Shown here piece by piece: positions 8,219-18,021 of a stretch of DNA of 64,000 bases (its first letter is position 1; each line of letters starts with the position of its first letter). The notes beneath the pieces were generated by a model that worked only from the letters and a program-made list of their open reading frames with translations, had not been told where the DNA came from and did no database searches. The position numbers were made by a program, and so were the translations under genes. This DNA is from a virus, in the IMG/VR virus record IMGVR_UViG_3300033552_000004, positions 2,415 to 66,414 of that record; one strand, given 5' to 3'.

Positions 8219-8707
8219 TCAAATATCAGGAACCTTTAGTGATTCTTCAATAGCCGCAAGCAACAACGCCTTGGCATCGTATTTACCTGTGGATTCCAAT
8301 ATCACAGCCAACGCTGCCCATAAGGGCAGCTTCGCATTCATATCTAAGAAGCTCGCCAGGGGCGTGCCTACAGCTTCTACAATATCCGCATTTTGCATTT
8401 TAGCTTTCCTAAGCATTGTACGTAAGCGTGACGCAGTGGCCGGTTCAAGACTGTGCGGCGCTCGTAGACCTGCCGCACGGATGATACTGCGCATGAACTT
8501 CTCGTCAACGAAGTCTTGGCGCGTATCAAGCGTTGCCCATTGGGCAATCTTAGCCTGTCGGCTGGCTACGCCAGCCTCCCTCTGCTCAGCTGTAAATATT
8601 CTAGGCCCAAAGCCTGTCTTTTGTATGGTGTTTTCCTCTTCAAAACTGTCTTCATCGCAGACCGGCAGTGTACCTGCTTCAGGCTCATTAATGAGAGTAT
8701 TGCTCAT
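8219..8707 (-). CDS. hypothetical protein
   Basis: 162 aa, GAGGAGG RBS. Confidence 0.7.
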   Translation of the reverse strand: MSNTLINEPEAGTLPVCDEDSFEEENTIQKTGFGPRIFTAEQREAGVASRQAKIAQWATLDTRQDFVDEKFMRSIIRAAGLRAPHSLEPATASRLRTMLRKAKMQNADIVEAVGTPLASFLDMNAKLPLWAALAVILESTGKYDAKALLLAAIEESLKVPDI

Positions 8708-8725
8708 TTTTCCTCCTCTGTTGTT

Positions 8726-8935
8726 TTATTGGTTTTCAGTGCTGTAGGGCTTCAACCGCTCCACAGCGTACGTGTCCAGCCACATCCTCACATAGCCTGG
8801 CACATACTCAGGCGATGCCATTGCACCGGCCCAAGCCTGCTCAAGCTCCGTGCCCTGTTCAGGCACAGGAAACATGTCTCGAATCTCGGCAAGCAGGCCA
8901 CCGATTTCGCCCATTGAAATGTCGTCTTCGCTCAT
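8726..8935 (-). CDS. hypothetical protein
   Basis: 69 aa, ATGA-coupled to mazG. Confidence 0.55.
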   Translation of the reverse strand: MSEDDISMGEIGGLLAEIRDMFPVPEQGTELEQAWAGAMASPEYVPGYVRMWLDTYAVERLKPYSTENQ

Positions 8936-9294
8936 GGCGTGCCCACCTTGTCTGCACGTTCCTGTGCTGATGTATCGCTGTACTTCAAGCCAGCATAGCG
9001 GACACTCAGCTTTGCAATATTCCCGTCAATCGTCTCGTCACGGGTGATGTTCAATATCTGGCGAATTCGCTCCATGTAGAATTCCAAGTCGCCAAGCTCC
9101 TCTACGACGTTGGCACGGTCAATCGGTTTGCGGTAAATCACAGCCTTCTTCACTGCATCCAGAAGCTCACCCGCCTCGCCAGCAACACCTACGGCGACAT
9201 GCAACAGGTCTGCGTCCTCCGCAGTGAGCGATGCACGAATGGCTTCTCCAGATTTTACGAGTGCTGCTACCATTTCGCCGTAATTAATTCTCAT
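8932..9294 (-). CDS. mazG: MazG-like nucleotide pyrophosphohydrolase
   Basis: GVAGEAGELLDAVKK...EELGDLEFY...NIAKL..RY; likely ATG 9294. Confidence 0.85.
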   Translation of the reverse strand: MRINYGEMVAALVKSGEAIRASLTAEDADLLHVAVGVAGEAGELLDAVKKAVIYRKPIDRANVVEELGDLEFYMERIRQILNITRDETIDGNIAKLSVRYAGLKYSDTSAQERADKVGTP

Positions 9295-9353
9295 GTTTAC
9301 CTTTAAAGTTACTGATGTGCCCATTGTACACCATGTGCTCTCAATAATGGGAA

Positions 9354-9719
9354 TCATTCGGCCAGGGTTGCGTAGTTCCACCCAACAAAGTCCTTTTCAG
9401 TGTGCGAGGTGCACCCGTGGCTCCAACCATACACCTTACCGTTCTCATATTTGGCAAAGTGACGGGGTATTCGGCTGTGGGACTCGTCATCCCGTACAAA
9501 AATCTTCGCATCGACTGCTACGTCGTGCCAAAGGCTGTATTCGACGAGGTCGTGCTCGTCGGGTCTACCGCTGTGAAGTCGCCCACAACTGGTGTAGGTC
9601 AGCACATCCCCTGCAACAACTGCGACCACCGGGCAGTAGTCGCCCTTATCTGTGCAAAGGATTCGCACAGGCAAGCCGCTGCGCGTCTTGTAAGTTTTAC
9701 CCATTTCAATTTTTTCCAT
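9354..9719 (-). CDS. hypothetical protein
   Basis: GK.YKTR.G..VRILCTD phage domain; AGGAG RBS. Confidence 0.7.
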   Translation of the reverse strand: MEKIEMGKTYKTRSGLPVRILCTDKGDYCPVVAVVAGDVLTYTSCGRLHSGRPDEHDLVEYSLWHDVAVDAKIFVRDDESHSRIPRHFAKYENGKVYGWSHGCTSHTEKDFVGWNYATLAE

Positions 9720-9730
9720 AAATTCTCCTG

Positions 9731-9988
9731 TTAAGCAGCGCTAGCTGCGGGTTTATACCAACTCATCTGCCGCATAGCGGCAGCGTATTCCGGTGACTCC
9801 ACTGTAGCACCAACCTGCATTTCCAGCACGGAAATCTTCAGTGCCATTTCACGAATCCTCTCAGCCTGATTTTTCGTCTCATCCCAGAGTGCCAGCAATA
9901 CCAGGTCTGCTTTTGTCTCTGTACTTTTCTCAAACCTCGCTTGCGCCTTGTGGTAGGCGGTGAGTGCTGGATTTTCTCTATTGCTCAT
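9731..9988 (-). CDS. hypothetical coiled-coil protein
   Basis: 85 aa, AAGGA RBS. Confidence 0.6.
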   Translation of the reverse strand: MSNRENPALTAYHKAQARFEKSTETKADLVLLALWDETKNQAERIREMALKISVLEMQVGATVESPEYAAAMRQMSWYKPAASAA

Positions 9989-10162
9989 GTCTTCCTTGTC
10001 TGTTGTCTGTAAGTAGTTTCCGCTATGTAAGCACAGCCATTGTATCTAAAATCAGCTTCTATGTGGTGAAAGTTGTAAGTTTGGGTAACTTTAGGTTTGT
10101 TTGAAACGTAATTAATGCCTAAGAAGCGGGTGTTGTGTTTTTGCACAAACACAGAAATTACG

Positions 10163-10192
10163 TTGACAGGTGCAATGGATTTGTGCTATTTT
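10163..10192 (+). promoter_or_regulatory. sigma70-like promoter firing into the AT-rich non-coding region
   Basis: TTGACA-18 bp-TATTTT with TGn extension. Confidence 0.5.
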
Positions 10193-10212
10193 ATTAATAG
10201 TGTGTTTTAGGC

Positions 10213-10397
10213 TAGCTATAGACTAGTCTAAGACTATGCTTAAGCTTTATATTAGCTCTGAAAGAGCCTTATATGCTTAAGGTTATATAAGCACACTATC
10301 ACTTATAAGTAACAGTTATTAGTAGTTGTTTTAAATGCTTAGAGCTATAAGAGAATAACCTATATCTACTTTAAGTTATAAGCATAGTCTATAGCTA
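10213..10397. other. AT/TA-rich segment bounded by an inverted repeat (candidate DNA-unwinding element or ncRNA)
   Basis: TAGCTATAGACT...AGACTATGCTTA (10213-10242) pairs with TAAGCATAGTCTATAGCTA (10379-10397); no ORF. Confidence 0.6.
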
Positions 10398-10629
10398 CGC
10401 TTTTTCGTGCTACAAACCTGGCGCAAAGCCTGCGGCCTGTTTAAAGCCTCTCCAAGCGATTTGTTTGGTGTCAGGCTAGGGTAGGCAGGGGTAGGGCGTT
10501 TACGCAGCTTCCAGACCCATTACAGCAAGCAACAACCCGCTTTACCGACGACTTTGAAGCTGCTGGGTTGGTGCGCTTGGGGGTGCTGTGTCCGTATTCT
10601 ACTGTAAGACGGCTGTTTGGGTTTACTGG

Positions 10630-10784
10630 TTATCCACAGCTGCCCCGGTAACAGGTATTTTAGGTAAAAACTCTTGGAACCCGCACCAGCATTGGCTTTT
10701 GCTTGTGGGTAACAACACTTATCCACAAGCAGTGAAGCAGTGAATTTTGCTTTCTCTGGTGTGTTATCAACAGCTTGTGCACAA
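10630..10784. promoter_or_regulatory. DnaA-box cluster
   Basis: Perfect TTATCCACA at 10630 and 10719; one-mismatch boxes at 10704 (reverse), 10764, 10775. Confidence 0.75.
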
Positions 10785-11024
10785 TCGTTAAAAACTTCTT
10801 ATACCTTTTTAGGCTGTAAAGTTGACCACCCCATGCCTGTTTGCCGAAGCTGCCTGGCGTGGACAACTTACCTCGCGGCGGTGGGGTCTTATTAAGAAGC
10901 CATCAGGCTGCAACCCGCATGGATGCTAGGTGGCGCGGACAGAAATTGACGACTAGCGGCCAACATCAGACGATTAGAGGCCATTCGTTGCTTACGGTTT
11001 GGCCGGTTATTGTCAAAAAAGCCA

Positions 11025-11053
11025 TTGACAGTGGCACCCTGCCGACGTATAGT
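11025..11053 (+). promoter_or_regulatory. near-consensus sigma70 promoter of the RepL-like gene
   Basis: TTGACA-17 bp-TATAGT; -35 is part of the dyad TGTCAA-N8-TTGACA. Confidence 0.8.
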
Positions 11054-11085
11054 TGGCACTCAGACTAACAAAACAAGGAGTAGAT

Positions 11086-11640
11086 ATGACCGACACCGGA
11101 CAAATTCAGGCTTTTGGTGAGCGTAATGGCCTGCCATACTACAAAACAAACCCATCAATTCCGGCTAGTGGCATGGTTCCGTCTCGCACAAGAACGACTC
11201 AGATTGCTAGGGGCGGCAAGGCTGTCGTGGTAAACGCCACAGGGGAGGTGCTTGGGAAGGCCTCTATCGCATTCATGCAAAGCGAGGAGGTAGACCAGGC
11301 TAAGTTTGTCAAACTCTACATGGACGGATTGCGGCAGATAGCTGGCCTGTCTAAGGCGGGGATTGCTGTGTGTGAGATTGTGTACGAACAGATGCAGGAG
11401 AAGGTCAACAACGACCACATCATTCTCAGTTACTCCTTGGCTAAAGAACTCGGAATCTCTGAGCGCACATACCGTCGCGGCGTAAGGGACTTGCTGGAAA
11501 AAGAGGTAATCTTCGCCAGCCCTGCGGAGGGAATGTTTTTCTTGAACATCCAGTACATGTTCAACGGTAACAGGTTACACTTCGTTAAGTCCTATCACAA
11601 GGCGGCAATGGTACTGGGAATTGAGGAAGGTGATAAGTAG
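11086..11640 (+). CDS. RepL-like plasmid replication protein (winged HTH)
   Basis: VD...FVKLY..G....LS, ELGIS.RTY.RG...L.EK..I, FFLN...FNG.R; AAGGAG RBS. Confidence 0.7.
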   Translation: MTDTGQIQAFGERNGLPYYKTNPSIPASGMVPSRTRTTQIARGGKAVVVNATGEVLGKASIAFMQSEEVDQAKFVKLYMDGLRQIAGLSKAGIAVCEIVYEQMQEKVNNDHIILSYSLAKELGISERTYRRGVRDLLEKEVIFASPAEGMFFLNIQYMFNGNRLHFVKSYHKAAMVLGIEEGDK

Positions 11641-11784
11641 CGCCGGGTTGGAGTTCAGGTTTGAGGCTGACCCGCAGGCCAGCTTTGAACTGTAGACAGC
11701 AGCTTTGTGAGCAGAAAAATAAAAATAACTTCTCATTAATTAGAAACGTGCTACACTTTGTGCATCAACAACAAGGAGAGAATT

Positions 11785-12123
11785 ATGGGTTTAGATTGCT
11801 ACGTTTTGAAGAAGTCTGCAACGGACGAAGCGCCCGTTGAGATTTGGTATGGGCGCAAGGAGAATGAGATTCATGGTTGGATGCAGCGTGAGTCTGGCAT
11901 GGCTGCGGAAGACTTCAACTGTGAAGACCTTCCGCTTACGGAAGACGTACTGTTGCGTCTTGAGCAGGACTGTGCATCAGGTGGCGTGGGCTACACTGCC
12001 GGGTTTTTCTTTGGTGGTGCCAACGACACTGACGAGGTAAGGACTGTTGTGCGCAACCTCATCAGTGTGTCGCGGCTGGCACTTGCAGAGGGTGCAGAAG
12101 TTAGGTACACAAGCTGGTGGTAA
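11785..12123 (+). CDS. conserved phage hypothetical protein
   Basis: MGLD.Y...Y.RK.N.IHGW...GFFFG...Y.SWW pattern. Confidence 0.75.
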   Translation: MGLDCYVLKKSATDEAPVEIWYGRKENEIHGWMQRESGMAAEDFNCEDLPLTEDVLLRLEQDCASGGVGYTAGFFFGGANDTDEVRTVVRNLISVSRLALAEGAEVRYTSWW

Positions 12124-12250
12124 TGTCTCCACCGCCATTTACGCTGCTAGGCGAAACATTCGGCTTCGACGAGAAAACCAGATGGGTCATAGTGCCACTC
12201 TGGACAACTGCCACACCGGCAAACGATGAAACATTTATAGAGGAGACGGT

Positions 12251-13021
12251 ATGAACAGACAACTTTTACAGCAAGCGCTTGATGCGCTGGTTGAAGCGGA
12301 CGTTTTGCGCAATGACAAACAAGATGTGGTCGCTAGGCGCAAAACTATTGATGCCCTTTACGCAGCCCTGACACAGCAAGCCGATGCTACCCTCACCAAT
12401 GAGGACACCAACCCGCAGCCAGTACAACCCGCCTCAGTAAATATGCCGATCACACCGTCAGAAAAAATGTGCGAGGCTATCAATGGTGGATATGGCAACC
12501 TCTCAACTTTTGACAAAGAGAGATTGATAGGTAAGGCGCAATTGTTGTATGCGTCTTTACTTAAACTCGCCCAGCCAGCCAGCCAAAAACTTGCATATAT
12601 TTGCCAGGGTTGTGGAGGTCTTTATTGGACTGAAGTGAGTTGCGATTGCAATACGAAAGCGGCGTTTGATTTAGTTGCAGTATCAAATATCGCGCAGCCA
12701 GTGCAGCCAGCCATCAATTTACACAAAGTACATCCAGAGTGGGAATCTGGCCCATCCTTGTTCAAGGATTGGTGCTCACAATGGTTTGGCACAGACTCCG
12801 ATGAATCGTACCTAGCTCAAGCTGTTTTGTCTCTGCCTACCCATGCCGCACAGCCAGTACAGCCAGCGAGTGTGACAGATGCGGAGACTATCCCCAAAGG
12901 AGTACTGGCCGCTATCCGTAACGCAGGCTTGATGCTGACTGTGAACCAGTACGGGTATCAATTACACAATCTTGGCCGAGCCGTGGCTTACGCCGCTCCT
13001 ACAGAAGGGAGCCAGTCGTGA
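12251..13021 (+). CDS. mosaic Eaa/Ead-like hypothetical protein with QPVQPA linkers
   Basis: MNRQLLQQALDAL start; repeated QPVQPA. Confidence 0.7.
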   Translation: MNRQLLQQALDALVEADVLRNDKQDVVARRKTIDALYAALTQQADATLTNEDTNPQPVQPASVNMPITPSEKMCEAINGGYGNLSTFDKERLIGKAQLLYASLLKLAQPASQKLAYICQGCGGLYWTEVSCDCNTKAAFDLVAVSNIAQPVQPAINLHKVHPEWESGPSLFKDWCSQWFGTDSDESYLAQAVLSLPTHAAQPVQPASVTDAETIPKGVLAAIRNAGLMLTVNQYGYQLHNLGRAVAYAAPTEGSQS

Positions 13022-13142
13022 AAGTATTTTTCACATTTCTAGGGGTTTCCGTTTGTGTACTGGCGATTGCCGGGGCTTTGGGCCTTGGTCACTTTCGCCT
13101 CTATTACGGGCCGGATAAATTTACTTGCACAAAGGACAAACC

Positions 13143-13739
13143 ATGAACACACCCACCACACCAGTGCTGCCAGTCGTTGCATTTCGCTACAAGGAAAACA
13201 GAGGTAACGGGCGTTTTGATTACAGCTACCACTTACCCGAGGACGAGAGCAAAGCGTACAAGGACAACTGCCTTGAAATCGAACCCCTCTGCAAAGTCTC
13301 TGACGCTCTCGCAGCTATTGCAGCCACCCAGAGCGCAGCACCTATAGCGCCTAGCCCTGAGCCAGTCTGCCTACACGATGACACGCAGCGACTAGGTGCG
13401 ATCTGGACGCATTGCTTGCAGTGCGAAAAAAAGTGGGCTGACGACGACGCAGCACCTCCCGCGCAAGCAGCCCAGCCAGCACAAAGAGAAGGCTGTGACT
13501 ATGTTGTAGAGGCGGGCAAGTTGTGTCGTAAGTGCCGTCAGATTCATCAAGCAGCACCTAGCCAGCCTACGGATGCTGAGCGGTATCAATTCATTAAGTC
13601 TGGCGGCCAGTACGTAGTCAAAGTTAAAGACCTGACCATATTTTGCGGCCCAAGCCCTGACCATTTCCACGGTTACGGCAAAGCACTGGACAAGGCAATC
13701 GACGCAGCCATCACTGCAAGTAAAGGAGGTGCAGCGTGA
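13143..13739 (+). CDS. mosaic hypothetical protein
   Basis: PVVA.RY, CxxC pairs, DAERY...LD.AIDAA C-terminal motif of Ead-like proteins. Confidence 0.65.
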   Translation: MNTPTTPVLPVVAFRYKENRGNGRFDYSYHLPEDESKAYKDNCLEIEPLCKVSDALAAIAATQSAAPIAPSPEPVCLHDDTQRLGAIWTHCLQCEKKWADDDAAPPAQAAQPAQREGCDYVVEAGKLCRKCRQIHQAAPSQPTDAERYQFIKSGGQYVVKVKDLTIFCGPSPDHFHGYGKALDKAIDAAITASKGGAA

Positions 13740-13930
13740 TTGAAAAACTCGGCTTTGCTGTCGCGATAGCAGGTGGTTGGCTTGTGGTTTTGACCATGCT
13801 AGCCGGAGTACTGCAATTGTCTTGGTTTTTGTACAAAGACATTGTTGGCTGGCCGCGCGTCTGGAAAGCGCTTCGCTTACTGAAAGAGCATGAATCAAAG
13901 CAAGGAGAAAAACATGACCACAAACCTTGA
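13736..13930 (+). CDS. small membrane protein
   Basis: Hydrophobic N-terminal helix, GGAGG RBS. Confidence 0.55.
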   Translation: MIEKLGFAVAIAGGWLVVLTMLAGVLQLSWFLYKDIVGWPRVWKALRLLKEHESKQGEKHDHKP

Positions 13931-14429
13931 GCGGGCGGAAGCCGTAGGTGCAACCTTTGGTGTAAAGCTGGCCGACACGTTTTACGGCAGCACCGATACC
14001 ACCACCATCCTGACAACCGCGCAGCTTGACGCCTACACAGCCCAAGCCAGTCAACCCCTGCCTGTCGCACTGCTTGAGCGTCTGAGCAAGACGCTGACAA
14101 ACCTCGGTTATGCCACCCCTGAAGGCGGCATGGAGCACTTTGGCGCTCGGATTGAGTCGCAGCTTTACAGCCTGTGCGAGGGAGTTGACTCGATCTTAAC
14201 GCAAGCAACGGTTGAGGCTAAGGCAGTGGGAGCGGTGCCGTTAGTGTGGGAGTCAACTACACCCGCGTACATCAAATTCGTGACGGACGCGCGGTATAAA
14301 AAATTTACGCACAACATTCAGAAATGGTATCGGCCAGTCTGCCAGAAATGCACAGCGCATGGTGCGAATGACTTTGCGCGTGATGTTGAAGCAACCCACG
14401 GCATTGGTGCGCAGGAGGTGGTGTTGTGA
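13914..14429 (+). CDS. hypothetical protein
   Basis: AAGGAG RBS before ATG 13914; FAR.VEA.HGIG C-terminus. Confidence 0.65.
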   Translation: MTTNLERAEAVGATFGVKLADTFYGSTDTTTILTTAQLDAYTAQASQPLPVALLERLSKTLTNLGYATPEGGMEHFGARIESQLYSLCEGVDSILTQATVEAKAVGAVPLVWESTTPAYIKFVTDARYKKFTHNIQKWYRPVCQKCTAHGANDFARDVEATHGIGAQEVVL

Positions 14430-14658
14430 GCTATGTTGTAAAGGTTGTTCATTCGGAGACTGGCGAAGTGGTCAAGATGATCGAAGCTGTATCAGAGCGC
14501 CACGCTGACAGAATTGAGGGTGGTGTTTCGATCAACCTCAATCACGATCAATATCACACCGAAATTGAGCCACCCACACCCAAAGGAGCAGCATGACAAC
14601 CGCTACAGCTTGTTTGATGTGTATGACATTGACAAGCAGAAATACCTATTAAACGGAG

Positions 14659-15993
14659 GTGAATAAAATGTCCCTGTACGAAATCATCAAGGCGCTTCAA
14701 AGCGCAAAAGGCTCACTGGCGAAGCAGGCTATTCTGAACGAGAATGCCGGGAACGAATTGTTTAAGCATTACATGAAGGCTGTGTACGATCCGGCTGTTA
14801 GCTACTGGCAGACCACGATTCCGGCAATAGATGAACACTTCAGCCGAGGTGGTGAATTTCACTATATGGACTTAGACTTTGTAGCCAAACTCGCAAACCG
14901 CGAATACACGGGTGCTGCTGCTAAGAGCGCCTTACTCTGGAGGACAGCGTGCCTGAACGACGATGGCCGGGAGCTTATGGCAATGCTCATCAAGCGCAGC
15001 ATTGGCGGCTCTGTCGGTGAAACTATGGTGCTGAAAACTTGGCCCGGCTTGTTCTTTGTCCCAAGTTACATGCGCTGTGCTGGCATGAGTCCGAAGGTGA
15101 AGGAGGAGTATGCGGCGCTGCCGTTTTTCTATGTGCAGAGCAAATATGACGGGTCATTCGGATACCTTAAATCATCGACCCTGTCATCACACGCATCGCT
15201 ATTCACCCGTGCTGGAAGCTTCTACCCCGCGTGGTTGGCAGAGAGGTTGGCAAAAAACCTACCCGACGGCGCTGTAGTTATGGGTGAAGTGCTGGTTTTT
15301 GAAGCGGGCAAACCACTGAGTCGAAAAGTTAGCAACGGTATGCTTAATTCTTTGCTGCAGGGTGGAGATGACACTGGCGCAGACATTCGCATGATTGCGT
15401 GGGACATGGTTCCAGCCGCAGAATTTAAAAGCGGACAGTGCCACAAGCCTTACAACCTGCGTTTAGCGGACATGGGGCAGTGGGTACAATCTACTACGCT
15501 GTCAATTGCAAACACTGTCGTAGTTACATCGCTTGAGCAAGCCTTTGCACTCAACCGCGAAGCGCTTCTACGTGGCGAGGAAGGAACGGTCTGGAAAAAG
15601 CCTGACGGCATCTGGCGCGACAGTAGCTCTGGCACCAGGGACGCTGTGAAAGTGAAGATCAAGTTTGAGGCTGAATACCGTGTCACAGGCAAGTACGAGG
15701 GTGAAGGCAAGGCCAAGGGTATGCTAGGCGGCTTTAACGTCGAGACAAGCTGCGGCAAGATTGCCAATAACGTCGGCTCCGGTTTTAGCGACAAGCAGCG
15801 CATTGAGTTTTGGGCCGAGGATACAACTGGTTGGATTGTGACGCTAGAGGCTAACGATGTTATTGACAAGACAGGCGCAGACACCGAGAGTTTGTTCCTG
15901 CCGATTTTTGTAGAGCGCCGTCTTGACAAGACGGAAGCAGATTCCCGTGCGCGGGTAATGGCGCAGCTGCAGGCTGCTAAAGAGGGGGCATGA
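14659..15993 (+). CDS. lig: ATP-dependent DNA ligase (T4-like)
   Basis: Motif I QSKYDG, GEV, WD, GEEG.V.K, KVK, VGSGFSD.QR, SLFLPIF. Confidence 0.92.
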   Translation: MNKMSLYEIIKALQSAKGSLAKQAILNENAGNELFKHYMKAVYDPAVSYWQTTIPAIDEHFSRGGEFHYMDLDFVAKLANREYTGAAAKSALLWRTACLNDDGRELMAMLIKRSIGGSVGETMVLKTWPGLFFVPSYMRCAGMSPKVKEEYAALPFFYVQSKYDGSFGYLKSSTLSSHASLFTRAGSFYPAWLAERLAKNLPDGAVVMGEVLVFEAGKPLSRKVSNGMLNSLLQGGDDTGADIRMIAWDMVPAAEFKSGQCHKPYNLRLADMGQWVQSTTLSIANTVVVTSLEQAFALNREALLRGEEGTVWKKPDGIWRDSSSGTRDAVKVKIKFEAEYRVTGKYEGEGKAKGMLGGFNVETSCGKIANNVGSGFSDKQRIEFWAEDTTGWIVTLEANDVIDKTGADTESLFLPIFVERRLDKTEADSRARVMAQLQAAKEGA

Positions 15994-15994
15994 C

Positions 15995-16255
15995 ATGAGG
16001 ACTATCTACAAGTACGAGCTAAAGGACAGCGTCTGTAAGCTGCATCTGCCCCTTGGGGCAGAGGTAGTCATGGCTGGAGGCCAGGTCGGCGCTGTGTTCA
16101 TTTGGGCACTAATAAACAATGAGCAGCAAGAAACGCGAGAGCGGACGTTCCTGGTGCACCCCACGGGCCATGCCGTTTCAGACTATGAGGTTTATGTTGG
16201 GACAGCAATGTTGTTCAACGACTCGCTCGTACTGCATGTGTTTGAGAAAACTTAA
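15995..16255 (+). CDS. conserved phage hypothetical protein
   Basis: MRTIYKY.L...LP.GA...WA...TGH...Y.GT...V.HVFE. Confidence 0.75.
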   Translation: MRTIYKYELKDSVCKLHLPLGAEVVMAGGQVGAVFIWALINNEQQETRERTFLVHPTGHAVSDYEVYVGTAMLFNDSLVLHVFEKT

Positions 16256-16265
16256 GGAGTGTAGC

Positions 16266-16544
16266 ATGAAGACAAACGATTGCCTGATGCAGGCTATAGA
16301 GGTGTTTGAGAAAGAGATTGAGCGCATCCGTGAGGAGTATAGCCGCCTCAATTTTGACGGAGGGACTCTAGATGTCGCGTCTGTTGCGAACAGAGATGAC
16401 GACCTGGCCCATTGTTTATTCGGCATTGAGCTACTGCACTCCGCATATTTGCTCAAGCAAGAGGCCACATATCGACGCTGGTCTTTGCTGTCAGAACAAA
16501 CTGTTACAACTAAAAGAGAGCAAACTGCTGCACATGGAAATTAA
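16266..16544 (+). CDS. hypothetical protein
   Basis: AAGGAG RBS before ATG 16266. Confidence 0.5.
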   Translation: MKTNDCLMQAIEVFEKEIERIREEYSRLNFDGGTLDVASVANRDDDLAHCLFGIELLHSAYLLKQEATYRRWSLLSEQTVTTKREQTAAHGN

Positions 16545-16609
16545 ACTTGGTGTACATTTGACTTAGCGGCAAAGCAATAACGCAGTGCCGTAATCAGACC
16601 ACCTACGGA

Positions 16610-17515
16610 GTGATAGATATGGCAAAAATTATACGTTCTGGTAGCCGGAACAAGTTTCGCAGTCCCGAGGCCTTGCAAGCAGCATTGAGTGAGGCTCTCG
16701 GTAATCCAGTTGAGACGGAAGTCATCGACGGGGAGTTCACACTCACCCAGCAGGACGCCCCCAGCGCAGCCCATGAAGCCTCGCAGGATGTTGCAGTGAC
16801 GCACACCACGCCCATCCAGACTCGACCCTCTGTGACGTCTAACAGCTGCGTCCGTGCGCTTGAGAAGGCTATTGGATTCGGCAAGAGCAAGCTCTATCTT
16901 GAGGTGGCTGTGTCTCTTGCAGTGTTCGCATCGTCCTCGACAGGCGCTGACAGGGCTACAAAGCGTGTCGTCTTTGGCATCTACTCACAAGCAGGCTACG
17001 ACGTCTCACCTACAGGCAGCGACTACAAGACGGTGCATAGGCGCGTCACCGCATCTGCTGACCTTTACAACAAGCTTGGCCGGGATGAAATTGTCCTTGC
17101 AATGCAGGGTTTGCGCGAAGGCAAGGCCATCGAAAGCCTCTGTGCACACCTGGGCGACACATATCAGTTCGACAGCCTCAACGCTGTGCTGGAGTTTGTC
17201 GGCAAGCCTGTGGAGCAGACCAACACGCCAGAAGTCAGGGCAGCGCGGGCCGCTAAAGAGGTAGCTGAAAACAACGCAGTAGCTGCAGGCGTAAACGCAC
17301 GTATCGCTGCCCGTCAGGCAGAACGTCATCAGCAGGCACTGGACGACTCCGACGGCATCATCGTCTCAGCAGGTAAACTTAGCCTGGTTGTGCCCCGCGA
17401 TTGCATCCCGGCAGAGATAAGGGCGATGGCTAGCAAGCTGAACGACTTTGCGGATCGAATGGAAGCCGAGATAGGTACGCCGGAAGACCAGCGCAACCGT
17501 GAAATGCACAGCTAA
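16610..17515 (+). CDS. hypothetical protein
   Basis: 301-aa ORF, helical and Ala-rich, -10-like element upstream. Confidence 0.75.
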   Translation: MIDMAKIIRSGSRNKFRSPEALQAALSEALGNPVETEVIDGEFTLTQQDAPSAAHEASQDVAVTHTTPIQTRPSVTSNSCVRALEKAIGFGKSKLYLEVAVSLAVFASSSTGADRATKRVVFGIYSQAGYDVSPTGSDYKTVHRRVTASADLYNKLGRDEIVLAMQGLREGKAIESLCAHLGDTYQFDSLNAVLEFVGKPVEQTNTPEVRAARAAKEVAENNAVAAGVNARIAARQAERHQQALDDSDGIIVSAGKLSLVVPRDCIPAEIRAMASKLNDFADRMEAEIGTPEDQRNREMHS

Positions 17516-17586
17516 AATGTAAAACACACGACAAGCAATTCTGGTGTAGAATTGCTTTGTTAATTAATTAATTAAAGGAGTGGACA

Positions 17587-18021
17587 ATGAAGACGACGAT
17601 TGATACCATTAATGAGATTTTTGGGAAGCGGAAGGTGACCGACGACGCAGCACCAAAGATCAAAGCCATCTCATGCAAAGATGGTGTTAGCTTGTCAGTG
17701 CAAGCCAGCCGCAAGCACAATTGCTTCCCGCGCACAAACAAGGGCCCGTATGTGAGCGTTGAGGTGGGGTTTCCAACGATTGCACCGCCTCAGTCTTGGG
17801 CACCTTTCTGCAAGGGCGACTTCGACAAGAAGCCTTGCGACACAGTGTACTTCAATGTGCCATTGAAGATGGTAGCTGACTTTGTGGACACACATGGCGG
17901 CGTCAAGGCAGAGGAAGCACCAAAGATGGTGCTTCCAGCTGCTCCAGCACTTGTCCACCGCCCAGCCCTGGCTCAACGCCGATACAACCTGACGGTTGAA
18001 GACTTAGGGTTTAGACTTTGA
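17587..18021 (+). CDS. conserved phage hypothetical protein
   Basis: C.DG.SLSVQAS..H.C.PR...GPY.SVEVGFP. Confidence 0.75.
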   Translation: MKTTIDTINEIFGKRKVTDDAAPKIKAISCKDGVSLSVQASRKHNCFPRTNKGPYVSVEVGFPTIAPPQSWAPFCKGDFDKKPCDTVYFNVPLKMVADFVDTHGGVKAEEAPKMVLPAAPALVHRPALAQRRYNLTVEDLGFRL

